This document shows positions 39,986 to 53,800 of a stretch of DNA of 64,000 nucleotides, piece by piece; the stretch's first letter is position 1; each line of letters starts with the position of its first letter. A model generated the notes under the pieces. That model saw only the letters and a program-made list of their open reading frames with translations. It had not been told where the DNA came from and searched no databases. The stretch comes from Tubiluchus corallicola (Eukaryota > Animalia > Priapulida), in the NCBI GenBank assembly GCA_030141605.1, contig JAQGDQ010000327.1, positions 62,001 through 126,000 on the forward strand. Direction: 5' to 3'. Made by a program: the position numbers and the translations under genes.

Positions 39986-42900
39986 ATCTTTATTTGCCAT
40001 AAAAAATCGATATTCACAACTATAAAAGCATAAAAGAACATCGCAGTATGAGAATAAAATTCACACAACTGTTACAGGCAAATGCGTCCAGTGCAAACTG
40101 AAAACTACTGTGCCAAAAATTTAAAACAAAAATATACATTATAATATTACACGGAAATTATAATAGACTATATACAATATATACATATAATTTAAAATGG
40201 ACGTGGGTAAATAAAATTTGTGGATGAATATATATTATCGTTTACGTAAGTTGGATTTTCAAAACGATTTAATGTATGTATTTTTAATTTTGATTTGAAT
40301 TCGTCAAAAGACTTGATTTGTTTTAAATTTGATGGCAGGGTATTCCAAAGTTGAACTCCTTGTTTGGTGATAGAATTGTTATTAGTGCGTATTTGTCTAA
40401 TATTGTGTGTTCTTGGATTTAATGTTGGCTCCAAGAGGAGTGGAAGCTTATTTTTGATGAAGGGCGTGTTAATATTGTTGATGTATTTATATAAAAACAA
40501 GATTGCGTAGAAGTCTTTATGTGTTTGTAAAATTGGGATTTTAAACATTGTTCTTAATTCTGTTGCAGAGGTTTGATTCGTAAATTTTATTAAAGTGGTT
40601 ATCCCAAGAAAGTTTGTTATCTACACAGATACCAAGAAAACTTACATTGTTTTTCTGTTTTATTATGCTATTTTCAACTTCTATTGATGTATTACTTATA
40701 TTGTCATTTGAGAACGGGGAAAGGACCATGAAATCTGTTTTGGTGCTATTTAATTTGAGTTTTAAATGGGTAAATGCTATGTTAATGTTTGCGATGTCCT
40801 GTTCTAAAAGTCGTTGAGCTGTTGCTAGATTTTCGTGGCCTAAATATATAGTTGTGTCGTCAGCATACTGTGTTGTATTACAATGTGTTAGTGTTTTAGA
40901 CATATTATTAATATAAAGACAGAAAAGTAAGGGACCCAAAAGTGTGCCTTGTGGTATGCCCTGCTGTAATGTTAGCCGTTAGACGGTATTTGTAGATAAT
41001 TTGACTCTTTGTTTTCTGTTTGTCAAGTAACTATTAATGAGCTTTAATGAAGTTGTATTAAATCCCAATGATTTTAAATTGTCTTTCAAAAGATTGTGGT
41101 CTTGGCTATCAAAGGCTTTTCTTAAGTCTAAAAATGCGGCTACAACATATTTATTTTCATTTAAGTTTGATCTCCAGTTTTCTGTTGCATGTATGATGGC
41201 ATCAGTAGTTGAGTGTTTTCGTCTAAAACCAAATTGATGTTTACTAAGTATATTGTTAACGTTTATATATGAATTCATTTGTTCATATAGTACTTTTTCC
41301 AAAAATTTTCCAAAACAATGAACAACGGATATAGGCCGGTAATTAACAGGGTCAGTTGATGAGTCTTTTTTGTGGACTGGTGTTACATTGGCTAGCTTAC
41401 AAATACTGGGGAATTCACTGCGCATGATCATTTGGTTTGTAATGTAGGCAAGATGAGGTGCTATTATATTGGCACTGTCCTCTAATATCTTCATGGGTAT
41501 TTCAGATGGGCCACTACTTTTGTTAATATCTAGTTTAACTAAGATTTTAAATAGTTCATTTGTGGTAATGGTGGAAAACGAAAAAGTTGTGTTAGTATTT
41601 AATTTCATTTTTAATTTCGAAATTATGTTGCTGTACTTACTATTATGATTAGATGGCCAGCAGAAATTTCCCAAATTAATGAAAGTAGCATTAAGAGCGT
41701 TTGCAATGTCTTTAGTTGTCTTTATTACTTTATTGTCAATTATAAGTTTCGTGATATGGGTTTGTTTGTTTTTATATCTGTTAATGACATTATTAATTAT
41801 TTCCCATTTATCTTTAGAAGGGGTTGCATTATTACACTGTTGCTGTATATATTTGTTTTTTAAAGATTTGTTTAGATTATTAAATGAATATCTCGCTTTT
41901 TTATAATTATTATAATTAAGTTTAGATTTGGTAGTTGTCCACAATTTATTTAAGTATTGTTTCGTTGTTCTTAGTGAATCCAGTTCTTGAGTAGTCCATG
42001 GACTTTTAGTATTTCGCTTACGTTCGGGCTGAGCAAAAGTTTTTATACGTTTATAGGGGGCGTGCAAATTAAGACAGTATTCAATATTATTTGTAATAAG
42101 TTCAACTTGGGCATCAATATTAGTAGTGTAATAGATTTCTTTCCAACTCATTTTAGCCTAATCGGCAAGAAAATATGTCTTATTGAATTGTTTGTAGTCT
42201 CTTATGAGTTTGTATGATGGATTAGAGTCAAAATTTGATGAGGGGGATTTTTGATCCGCTATAATAACAAAATTATGATCAGAATAATCACAAGGGCAGC
42301 TGTCGTGGGACACAAATTTTGTATTGTCATTTGAGATAAAGTGGTCAATTAATGTAGATGAAATTTTAGATATTCTTGTCGGTTTGTCATTTATTACATT
42401 TAGACAGAATTTTTTTAATAGTTCAATGTATTGTTTGCATTCAGGACATTTGGTATTATTAATGTCAATGTTAAAATCTCTCATTATAAGGATATGCTTG
42501 TTTTCAAAAACAGCTCGTTCAAGTTCGACCAAAAAATGTTTTAGGAAGGTTTTATATTTTTGATTTGGGGGCCGGTAAATAATTCCAACTAGGTAATCTT
42601 CTATGTTGCATCATAAAGTTTCGACTTTATTAGTTCTTATGCCTTTTGCTTCAGTTGATTTGAAATGTGCTGGGATGTAAATTGTTACCCCTCCTCCTTT
42701 TTTCGAATTGCATCTGTCTTTTCGCATTAAGATGTGCTTAGGTAATTGCAAAGATTTGCTTGATATTTTTTTGTTCAACCAAGTTTCGGTGATACCAATT
42801 ACTAGGTTTTCGGATGCGTGTACAGTATCTTTGAGAAGCCAGTGTTTTTTTGTTAAATTTTGAATATTAATATTAAGAAATTTTATGTTTTTCATGAATT

Positions 42901-43860
42901 TATTAATAATATTGTTTATTTCCAGAGTTAAATTATTGTGTGTATTGTTGCTGCTGCTGTTGATGTTGTTGTTAATGGGCCCTGGGTTTGACTCTATACA
43001 ACCTATAATGAGTAATATACTTAAAATAATTAATTTGAACGCCAAGTTGAGAATTTTAAAGAAATTTAAGCACGTTTTGCACCAGCAGCAATGCAGCATT
43101 GAACGCATTTGCCTTTTCAGGAAGTACACAGAGTTAAAAATATTTTTTACAAGTGGTTGAATGTTATATTTAAAGTTAAAATTATTAAAATCGGGCCAAT
43201 TTTTAAGTTTAAAACTATGATAATTCTTAATTCTTACAGGTAAGTTGGTGTTGCCATTGTACAGCTGTAAGATGCATATCGAAGCAATAAATAAAATTTT
43301 ATGGGAATTACATTTAGCTTTCACACATATGAAAATTTTTGAAATATAAATTAAGATCTGTATTACAGTACTTATTAAGTCAAGACTATAAAGCACAAAA
43401 TCAGGATTAAGGCATCATGGGTCCACTAGTAAAACATATGAAGGTATTACGCTTAAATTTATCTATCAAGAGCTTTTGTTTATTTCAAGAATATACTCAA
43501 CATTGCTCCTAGAATGGTTCACCTTGGAAGACTGCTCGCCTGAAAGAGGCGTGCGTTTACTATCGCCGGCCTTTTCAGAGGAGTCCTCAGCAATTGCAGA
43601 ACTGGAGCTACCAGGAAGCCATTCGTTAATGAATTGTCGAGTAGACTTCTTGAGAATAAATTCAGCAGAAGCAGCTGTGTCAAGTAAATTAAGAATGGTT
43701 GAGCCAGGGAAATCAACTCTTTTGGGTGAGGATGTTCGTGGTGTTGGTATAGGCGGGGATAAGGTGGGCAATGCAAGTCGTATATCACCACTGGAGGAAT
43801 GGTCAACGGAAAGGGAAAGTGGATCACGAATAGGAATTAAGGCTGTCATGGAATGAAATG
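39948..43860 (-). mobile_element. Near-full-length CR1/L2-group LINE (ORF1 C-terminal remnant plus frameshifted APE-RT ORF2)
   Basis: APE motifs IGITETWL, KGGGV, YRPP, DFNID, LIDHF, SDH; RT motifs NYRPIS, QFGFR, LDLRKAFD, PQGTLLGP, QYADD; C-terminal GVQLWNTLP; 3' end AATAAAGATTAC then (TA)n. Covers ORFs 42611-43396, 42158-42532, 40979-42151, 40541-40939 and 40192-40548. Confidence 0.92.
42977..43003 (-). other. 2A-like (StopGo) motif GCIESNPGP at the N-terminus of LINE ORF2
   Basis: ILLIIGCIESNPGP matches D(V/I)ExNPGP except for D->C; it lies upstream of the APE domain. Confidence 0.75.
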
Positions 43861-43869
43861 TAAGTAGTT

Positions 43870-45035
43870 CTCGATCGCGAAATCTGGAAAGCGATTAATT
43901 GGAAAGGAGAAGCAAGATCAGACAACACAGAAAATTTCTCTACAAATAATGTGTTTAAGATAGATTTCGAAAATCTGTTAAACAACATTACCGCATCCAA
44001 CAACTTACTTGATGAATTAGAGAATTACCAAATGCACGTCCCCGTATTAGATGACCGGTTTACGACAAAAGAGGTACAAAAAGTGATTGCGACGCAAAAT
44101 GCAAGAAAGAGCACTGGTCCAGATGGTATACAAACGTCTCTCTTCCGCTATTTACATGTAGAATGGGCTAGTAAACCTTTTAAACACAGTTTTCTTGCAG
44201 TGTAATTTCCCTTCATCGTGGTGTATATCCAAGTTTACAGTACTATTTAAAGAAGGATGTGCAGCCTCATGCAATAATGCATAAGCATTATATAAGCTTG
44301 TTGCAAAATATACGATTACCTGACAACGAACTTTTAAAGTTGTGGATAAAACCGGAACCAGAACAAGTGAACAGCCTGAATTTTGATCATTCGATTACTG
44401 ATTAACGCCGCTCGTAAAAAGAAGAGGAAAATGTGAATCATATTTGTAGATTTCGAGAAGGCATTTGACCAGGTTGATCGCGGTAAGTTAGTTATTACAG
44501 GTGTTAAAACAACACGGATGCGGTTATGTAATGTTACGAGCTATCGCACAACTGTATAGACTGAAAAAAGAACACCGAGCGATACAAAGTTTAGTTATAA
44601 CTGTGGGGTAAAACAAGGCTCACAAAGCTCAAGCTTGCTATTCTGTTTATATGTAGATCCGCTAATAAGGGCTCTAAAAGCACTCGGTGAGGATAGCTGG
44701 CTTCACAACCTCTATTGTCTGCTCATGATGGATGACACGCCATTGTGGCATCAACGGAAAGAAAAGGTATCGAACGGATGCTGACATGATTACAGTTCTG
44801 CAAAAACTATGGCATGAGCATGAATACAATCAAAACGAAATTTATGGTTGTAGGTGGAATTGAGCAAGACAGGGTACCGCTAACTGTTGACAATGTTGTG
44901 ATAAAACACACTACCACATATACGTATCCTGGCGTTATGATAATGGATGATGAAAAGATGAATACAGTTGTTACAAAACATCTTGAGAATAAAAATCCAG
45001 ACATGTTAAAATTCCACGCATTTGTCAGTAAGTAG
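43870..45035 (+). mobile_element. Older degenerate LINE RT fragment, same family as 45477-47905
   Basis: IWKAINWKG, FKIDFENLLN, FVDFEKAFD, GVKQG, CLLMMDDT, KTKFMVVGG, with many frameshifts. Confidence 0.82.
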
Positions 45036-45039
45036 TACA

Positions 45040-48000
45040 CCCGGGAGTAGGTCAATTGCTTTCTAAGAAAATTTGTGCTCAGTAAACTTATTTTTGCTAG
45101 AGTTGGAGCTATGTTTGCTGTTCTCATGGTTAGACTGATTGTTGTGTATATTCCACTTGATGGCTTTCATGAGTTAGCAGCAAGTGCATCTACAATTGTA
45201 TATCCTTTGCAACTCTCTGTTGCTTTCAGGGCTGTAAAATACTTATAGACATAACCCATTATCTCATGAGTTAAAAGAGGGCCTGTCGACACGCGTTGCA
45301 TATGAAAATTTTGGACAATTTTGTTTGGGAGTCTCTCGATAATAAGTTGTCCAAGCAAAGGATTATTAAGATCCAAACCCATCTGTGATATATTCTTGAT
45401 GGCTACATCGATTTCAAGATAAAAGATTCTTAATGATTTTGCATCATGTGACTCAACCTGACAGACTGACTGCATGTAGGCAATGACTGCATGTAGACTG
45501 CATATGCCGTCGAATCACGCACCGATTTCAATCAAGTTTGAGTTGTCAAAGTTAGCACCCAGCGCCTTAGGTGCGGATTTGATCAAACGATCGGAAGACT
45601 TCGGAAAGCATGCAGCTGAGGAAATCAACATCAAGCCTCCTGTTCTACATAAGCAAATCCGAACTGGTAATTGGACTGCAGAAAATACAACTTCGAAATG
45701 AGAAATATCGATCCTCCAACTGATATCGATGATATGAACTCTAGCGTTGAGAATCTAAATTCTCTCATTAGGAACACTCTAAAGAATTGTCGTACCGAAC
45801 CGAATGATACCCCAGACCACCAGGCTATACCAGATAGATGGAATAACCTGCTCGAAAACAATGACCCCCAAGGAATTTGGAAAGCCATCAACTGGAATGG
45901 TGACCTTAGTTCTGAAAAGAATATTGAAGCTGCGTCTGATGAAGACTTTAAGACCCATTTCGAGGACTTGCTGAACCCGGATAGAATCGATTCGCTGGAT
46001 CTGTTGTCACAGTGTGCGGGTCCTTCAATTCCAGTTACCGATAATTTGATATCCTTTGATGAGATAGAAGCTGCTGTAATGTCATGCGAGAATAAAAGTA
46101 GTGGAGGTCCATCTGGTATTTCTGGTGGTATTTTAAAGTTTTTGCCAGGGTGTTGGTTATCCTACCTGTGCTTGCTGTTCAATTTTATATATGTATCGCG
46201 AACTTTCCCACGTTCATGGTGCTTAAACAGACTTGTGACTATTTTCAAGAAAGGTAGTCGAATGTCTTGTGATAATTACAGAGGAATTTCTATAATGGAC
46301 TCAATTGCCAAGGTTTATGATAGGATCCTGTGTAGACGCTTTAATATGTGGTTTTCACCCGACAGGGAACAAGCAGGTGCTCAGAAAGGTCGAAGTTGCA
46401 CCGAATGGATCGTTACTGATGGACTATGCCCTATTTCGGAAAGTTAAACTGTTTGTGCTGTTCGTTGACTTTTCCAAGGCATATGATCGTGTCCCCAGGC
46501 ACGGTCTCATAGTCTCGCTTAAAGCTCTTGGATGCGGTATCATTATGCTTTGTGCAATTGCTGCCTTGTATAGTAATACACAATTAGTATTAGGAGCAGC
46601 TATAATAAGTGTAACCTTAGGTGTTAAACAAGGATCCCCTTCCTCGTGTTTTCTGTTCACACTCTACGTTAATAAACTTATAAGAAACCTCAAGGAAAAG
46701 TGCAGACCAGACGGTTTTCTAGGGATGTTTCACTGTTTGTTATTGATGGATGATACTGTTATCCTATCGACGACCAGAGAAGGACTTCTGGAAAAGATAG
46801 GCATCCTTGAAGAATTTTGTCGTGAGTCAGGAATGGTAATTAACGAATCTAAAACCAAATTTATGGTTATTAACGGTAACGAAAGGGATAAAAGGGTTAT
46901 TATCCGCGAGAACATAGTAATTAGGATATGTGAGTATTATGTTTATCTCAGATCTGTGTTCAGTGCTTCAGGAAAGTTACAGCCCTCACTGGAAAAACAT
47001 TGCGAAGAAAAGTTTACCCATGTTCTTAAATATGTATCATTTGTGAACAAAAACTCACTATTCCCATTCTGGGTTAAGAAAAAAGTGATGGACGCGACCC
47101 TGCTATCAGCTATTTTCTACAGCTGTGAATCTTGGTTGACTGGCATTCTTAAACCGATAAATGTGATGTACAATTCTGTGATTAAAGCATTGCTTGGCGT
47201 CAGGAAGACAACCGCTAATGACTTATGTTTAGTCGAGCTAGGATTACCTTCTGCCAAAGTGTACGTTCAAAACGTGCATTCAAAGTTCTTTAGACGGATA
47301 ATCGAATCGAGAGCCAACGAGCCCGATGACCCATTTTCAATCGTACGGAATTTGTGCTCGGAAGCGAACACACCATGTGTACAATATGTGATAGCTATCC
47401 TTCGTAAAACGGATATTATCTCTGACGACCTCGAGAACACAAAACAACATATCAGGGATTCCGAAAGAACTAAACTGTGCACGTATCTCTATCTGAATCC
47501 CGAACTATCTGTCAGTGCAATATATAGCGTTAAAGTAAATGAGCTCTATAGGATTAAAACATCTCGGTTACGCCTCTCCTCACATAACCTAGCTATTGAG
47601 ACTGGAAGATGGGCAAGGATAAAAAGAGAGGACAGGCTATGCTCCTGTTCTGGCTTAAACATTCAAACAGAAGAGCATGTTATCTGTTTTTGTCCACTTA
47701 CTAATCACCTTCGTGAAGATAACACTGAACTGAGCTTCAACGATTTGCATGAATTTTTCAATGGAAACCCAAAGTCATATTGTGAATTTGTAAATAACTG
47801 CTTAGCGATTTTTGGACAGTAATGATCATGTTAGGCGATAATAAGTGTGTAGTGGAATTTGTAAATAATTCTTCAGTTATTTTTTGACAGTAATGATCAT
47901 GTTATATGATCAAAATTCCTTTTTTTGTAGTGATCTATGGACTGAACTAAAGTATCATGTTCGACTATCTCGTAATCAGTCAATAAACATACATATATAT

Positions 48001-49759
48001 AGGTATTAAGGCTGACATTCCAGCTGCAGTAAGATTCCTCAGGTCGTTCCCATGCATGGAAATAATTCTGATCTGAAAACTCAAGGCCAGAAACAAGTTT
48101 AATAAGTGCTGAGGTGAGCAAATCTTTCTACTGGAATGAGTTCAGGACTTCTTTCAATTGTGATTTTAGAAAAGATCACATACAATTTATAAGCATATAT
48201 ATATATCACACATCCTATTGAGATGTTCTTTAGACAAAAACATGGCTCCTGGAGTATGCTCTGAGGGTACTGTGTTGGCTGATGTGGAGATCCCATTTAG
48301 CGGAATTGGGGAATCCTTTGCAAAGAAATTGCTAGAAGAATCTCTTTTCACACCACTGTAAGCTGATCTTAATTTGTCAGCTGAGTACTGGGGTGGTGCA
48401 ACCCATTGAGGTGTGCTAGAAGAAATACTAACTGGAGCAGGTATATAATTAGAAGATGTTTCTTGTGTCACCACAGGCTTGTGCATAGACACTTGAGATT
48501 GAGAAAAATCTTCTGTGTTTGAGCTGGATTATTGGTAGTACATTGCTCAGGTGTTCCACTTGTTCTAACATAACTGTTTGGTGTGGGAGAGCAGTTATCA
48601 AATTGATTATGATCATAAGTAGAAGAAGCAAATTAATTACGTTGATCTTGCCTAATACAACTTTGTTGAGAACTGGGGTAATGAAACTGAGATGATTCAT
48701 CAGCATATCTAACATCCTCACAAAATGTGACTGAAACAACAGGAATGCCCTTGGTTAGCTGAGAAATCTGAGTAAGTACATACTGAATATCTGTTTTTTC
48801 AACATCTGATCGAGAAGGCATGTTGTTAACTGGAATTATACCCTGATGCTGTGTGCAATTTGAACTTGCAACATCATTTTGTGAATGAGGTAAGTTATTC
48901 ATACTCATCTGTGGTTGAGGTATTGGTGACTACCCAGTATTAGCATGACAGATTACAACTGGATTATGTTCACTGGAATATTCATCATTAACTGTAAATT
49001 TGAAATCATGTGAATTATACACTGATGTCATGTCAAATGCTTGAACAGGACAAGGTGTTTGCGATGGTGCAGAACACCAAAAATGTGTTGTCGTAGGTAT
49101 TGGGTGACAATACGAAATAGTATTCGTTGTAGGAGTGCACGTATTAGTTAACTGTGAAATCAGCATAGATTCTGGTGCGATAGGCCTGAACTTTGGCCTA
49201 GCCTGATTACTATTACTGTTCACTGTTCTTTTCTTGTGAACTAAACTTGAATGCCTCTGTGAAATCATTGGTTTGTTCAGTTGTGGTGTATTAAGAAATA
49301 TTGATTCTTTTGGATGATATAGTTCTGTTATGTCATTCTCATATACCTTCTTACCTCCTGTAGCTGAGAAATAAGCATCAACTGTGTGTGAACAGTTTGG
49401 TTGTCAGTTGCCTGTGAATACCTTATAGTATTCTTAGTTTCTGCTTTTGCCATAAGAAACTTTGTTTTAATTGAATCTAATTCTTTGGTGAACTTTCTTC
49501 GCTGGCTGAGTGAAATTTCTACAAACTGTTCAACATTATCTTTACGAAAGCCTTTTGCTTCCATGAAGTTGGTCTGCTGTGCTATAAGCTGCTTATATTT
49601 ATCTATTAGGTTTTGTATGTTTTGAATACTTTCTAATTATGTTGAAAGAGATTGAGTACAAATTGCAAGTTCAGAAGCACCTTTCAGTGATTCACTTCTT
49701 TCTGTTACAGTTACTTCTATCTCTTTCCTTAACAAGATACCACTAACAGAGTTATCCAT
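45040..49759 (-). mobile_element. Decayed BEL/Pao-like gag region, interrupted by a LINE
   Basis: ATG at 49759 then a coiled-coil/low-complexity region; IKLVSGLEFSDQNYFHAWER (DUF1759-like); after the LINE, SLRIFYLEIDVAIKNISQMG..LLGQLIIERLP. Confidence 0.65.
45477..47905 (+). mobile_element. 5'-truncated non-LTR retrotransposon (RTE-X/CR1-group-like RT, frameshifted)
   Basis: ORFs 45671-46447 and 46305-47822 carry NYRGISI, EQAG, FVDFSKAYD, GVKQG, LLMDDT and a C-terminal RLSSHNLAIETGRW...C...H..C motif; the 3' end is duplicated. Confidence 0.9.
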
Positions 49760-50689
49760 AATAGAAAAATGTATCATAAATGTTGTCTACTAGAATATGA
49801 TCAATTGATTTTTAACAAATTAGCAAATGAAATTCCACTAAGTACTTATCAGCAGAGAAACTCTGAATCAGCTATGTCTTGAGCTGTTTAAGCGCACCCT
49901 GGAAAACTAGCAAAAACTGTGCGCAAATTGTTCTTTGAAGTTGCACAGTTAAAATGCCTTAAGGTACGTACTATATCGCCAAGTGCCTTCGTTTCACAAC
50001 TGATTTCGTAAATAATACGCCAAAACGTACTTCGCTATATTGAAATTAGGAAGAGCAATTCCCGCGCAAAAGAAAATCGCTATTCACCATTATTAATGCG
50101 CTAATAACAAAGTGAAACATACGCAGTCTGCTATTGTAAGACAATCGTCCGAAAAAATCAAATGAATATTGTGACGTAACGCCTGTACGGTACTGTTATC
50201 GTACACAACAAATTAGTCACAACATTGTAACCTAAAGTTACACAGATATGCAGGTAACTATAAAACTAGCAAAAGAATAACTATTAACCTATAATAAGCC
50301 TAGACTGAATCTGTGCGCAATTACTGATTACACAAGCAAATCAAATAATTACAGTTTGGGCTAGATTAAGCCTAAATACACAAAGTTTATACGATGTATA
50401 AAAATCTTTCTGATTCACAAAGACTACCAAAAACATGTGAATAACAGACAAGATTTACGCCTAATTAACTGGCGTGCAAAGGCAATAATACACATTAAGA
50501 AACGTGATACTGATATGCTTATAAATATCAACGACAGGCCTAAATATTTCCGCGGGTAACATACATTTTACGCCCACACAAAAGTATTGACACGGAGAAA
50601 GATGACCGACACTAAAAAATTGGAGCTAAAATTTTTACACGCGAAAACTTTGCTGCTGAAATACCTATAAGTCTAAAAACTGGAGTGTA

Positions 50690-50840
50690 AATTCAATTTA
50701 CACATGGAAACTGTAATACTGAAAGGCTTATACTATATAATTGCAATAGGTCTAAACACTGAGGGTAAATTTTCAATTTACACATTGAAACTGTGATACT
50801 GAAGGACCTGCACTACGTAGCTGATAGTAATAGGTCTACT
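50690..50840. repeat. Two-copy diverged tandem repeat (~79 bp)
   Basis: ttcaatttacacat.gaaactgt.atactgaa.g...aataggtcta occurs twice. Confidence 0.75.
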
Positions 50841-53800
50841 GATAATACTGACATAACTGAATACACTATGAAGTTCAACAGACAAGTAGACCTGTAAGGC
50901 AAAAATTCTAAGCAAACACATATCTAACTTAGAAAGTAATTGTAATATCATCTCTCTTACGCAATCGAAGATACCGACTGAAACAGCAGTACCACTGACT
51001 TGACCTCTTCTTCACGAAAGAAAATGTAAAACGCCACTTGCTGTTGACCAAATGTACCGATAAAACCGTGAACTGAATTTTCAGAATGACTTGATGACTT
51101 CTGTAAGTAGCTAAATATGAAAACAAAGCTAAATCTCGTCCTATACCTGGTTGTATCGTCTGAGACTATCGTACTTCTTAAACTGCTGAAATACGAAAAT
51201 TAACAAACTTTACACGACTGTACGTTATTGCTCCCGGGTTACGGCACCACATATCGGAAACGATCCGATTTCAAAAATCCACAAACACGAAAGAACAAAC
51301 ACTGACATAAATTCCTTTTCAACAGATGATTTAAAAAAGTAACAACTGTTTATTATACACACGTAATCGCAAAATTGGCAAAAATAAAGCAAAGACAGAA
51401 AAAACAAACACACTGCATCATCTCGTTTGTTAAAGCACAAGAAAACCTTCCACTTACACAAAGCTTAAAGAATTCGTTTTGAAATTTCATACCACTTACA
51501 TGCTGCCTTTTGCATACAGCGCTTACGTCAGCAGTAACGTGGTATAAAACTTAAAAGTTTAAACTCCTGCGATGACAGTTAGACGCAGCCATTTTGACGA
51601 TAACTCATTTGAAACAAGTTTAAATAACACTAAGTGAAGTTTGAAAAAATATTCAGAGCATTCGCAGCGCACACGTCACTAAGTAATTACGGTATCTTGT
51701 CAATAAGATTAAAAACCCGTTTTGGATTAGGGTGCACCCTGGAGGTGAGTCAACGACATTTTACCAATTGGTGAAAACATTTTAATTAATCAATAATTTT
51801 CTTTTCTAGTTGCATAAGTTTTTCAAGCAGGTAAGCAAAATGCTAAGTAATATAACTTTGCGTGAACGGTTTAACACTTCCTTTCTTCCCCTGATTAATA
51901 TTGTGCGTTTATAACGTCATATAATGGAGTTGTCGGAACTGTATCGCGGGAAATTTAAAATGAAAACAAACAAAAATCCTTTTAACGCGAGTGTGATATA
52001 TGCATAAAATTGTTGTAAAGTAACATAATTTTTAAGACAATTTTTCTGTTTCCTACTTCAGGTACCCGTTTTCTTGTCCTTTAAACTAGAACAAAAAACT
52101 CCCTGACGCGCCAAATCCTCACGGCCAATCAAAAGTGGCTCGTGTCTCGCGTTACACACGTAGCAATTTGTAAGTTGACATACATTAATATACATTTTAA
52201 TGCAATGCACCTTACAGTATTTTTATAAGCCTTATAGCTAATGTCCTTGTCCGTGACACATGGCGTTATATCACTAACACTGAATGCTATAAATTGCGTG
52301 TTTTAATGAACGTTCAGCAAAAACGGAATGTCAAACCTGGGGTCGAATTAAGTTTCCGTTCCTGGTGTTATAATCGTGAACATTTCGCCGCCTGGAAACA
52401 CTCGATATAGTAAAATAATGTAGAAGTAATGAATTACCGTGGTTAAAAAGAGCCTGAGTTTCCTCATTAGAAATAGATCCGGTAATTTTAATATTTAAAA
52501 TTTTATGAAAAGTGGTTCTGTCTGTGCAATTAAGACTGCTGTTTTCTGTAATTTAAATATACGATTATTATCATAACTAAAACTTTGGCTCCAACTTTGA
52601 GCAAACAGAATCTGACAGAATATTGGAATACATAATTCAAACTGTCAGAAATGAGAACTTGGTGCAAAAGGCCATTAGTAAAACATGGACGCTTGAACAA
52701 TTCTTGGCAGAAGCAAACATGATCGATGACATACATAAACAAATAAAAGAAATGAGGGAGCCACATACCAGCATTGCTGCTAAAGTTAGTGCACAATTAT
52801 ATAAGCACAAGCAAAATCCTCAGCCTACAGGGATTATATGTTGCTATTGTGGACTAGAAAATTCACACGAACCAGGGAAAAATTGCCCAGCCTTTGGGAA
52901 GACATGTAAAAAATGCCACAAAAAGAATCACTTTGCCAGTGTTTGCAAAACCAGTCAGCGTAAACCTTCGGCAAGCAGATGTAATACACTAGATAATAAG
53001 AAACCAAGTGGTAATAGACCCAATAATTATGGACTACTCCGAAAGAAACAAAACAGAAAAAGTTTCGTGCGGAATGCTGATGAAGAGCCACTTAGAAACC
53101 AGGAAATGTCATCCAGCACAAGCAGCGATGAAGAGCTTTATATAAATAAAGCAAGTGTTAAAATTCGACAAGCAAAACAAACCAGTGACGCAAAGAAGTG
53201 TGTTGCTATGCAGATTGAAAATGTGCATTTGTACATGGAACCAGATAGTGGTGCTGATGTAAATGGATGAACATTGCTGATGTAATGGATGAACATCAGT
53301 TTAAGACATTCAGGAAGAGAGTGGACAAGCAGATACATTTAAAGGCAAGTGATATAAAATTGAATACGTTACAACATAAGTTAGAAGTCAAAGGTGAATT
53401 TGAAGCCACAGTCTGTAACCCAACTTGCAGGGTAAGAGCAAAATTTATTGTGATCTATGGTCACATGCAGTCACCACCACTTATATCTAGAAAGACACTC
53501 ACAGATTTGGGGATGCTGAAAATAGATCCAAAAGGTGAACTGGCACAACAGAGTGGTCAGCAAAGGAATATGGTTCACAACATTAAAATGGACACAGTTT
53601 TGAATCGTGATAACTGTAAGAAGATAGAAAAAATATTAACTGAGCATAGCAGCATATTTGAGGGTATTCGTACAATCAGAAATAAACAACAGAGGAATTT
53701 TTGCACAATTCCATATGAAGGAAGATGCAATACCAGTCACACAGAAGCCGCGGCACGTACCATACTTTCTGCAAGAACCACTCTGAAAATGGTTGGATCA

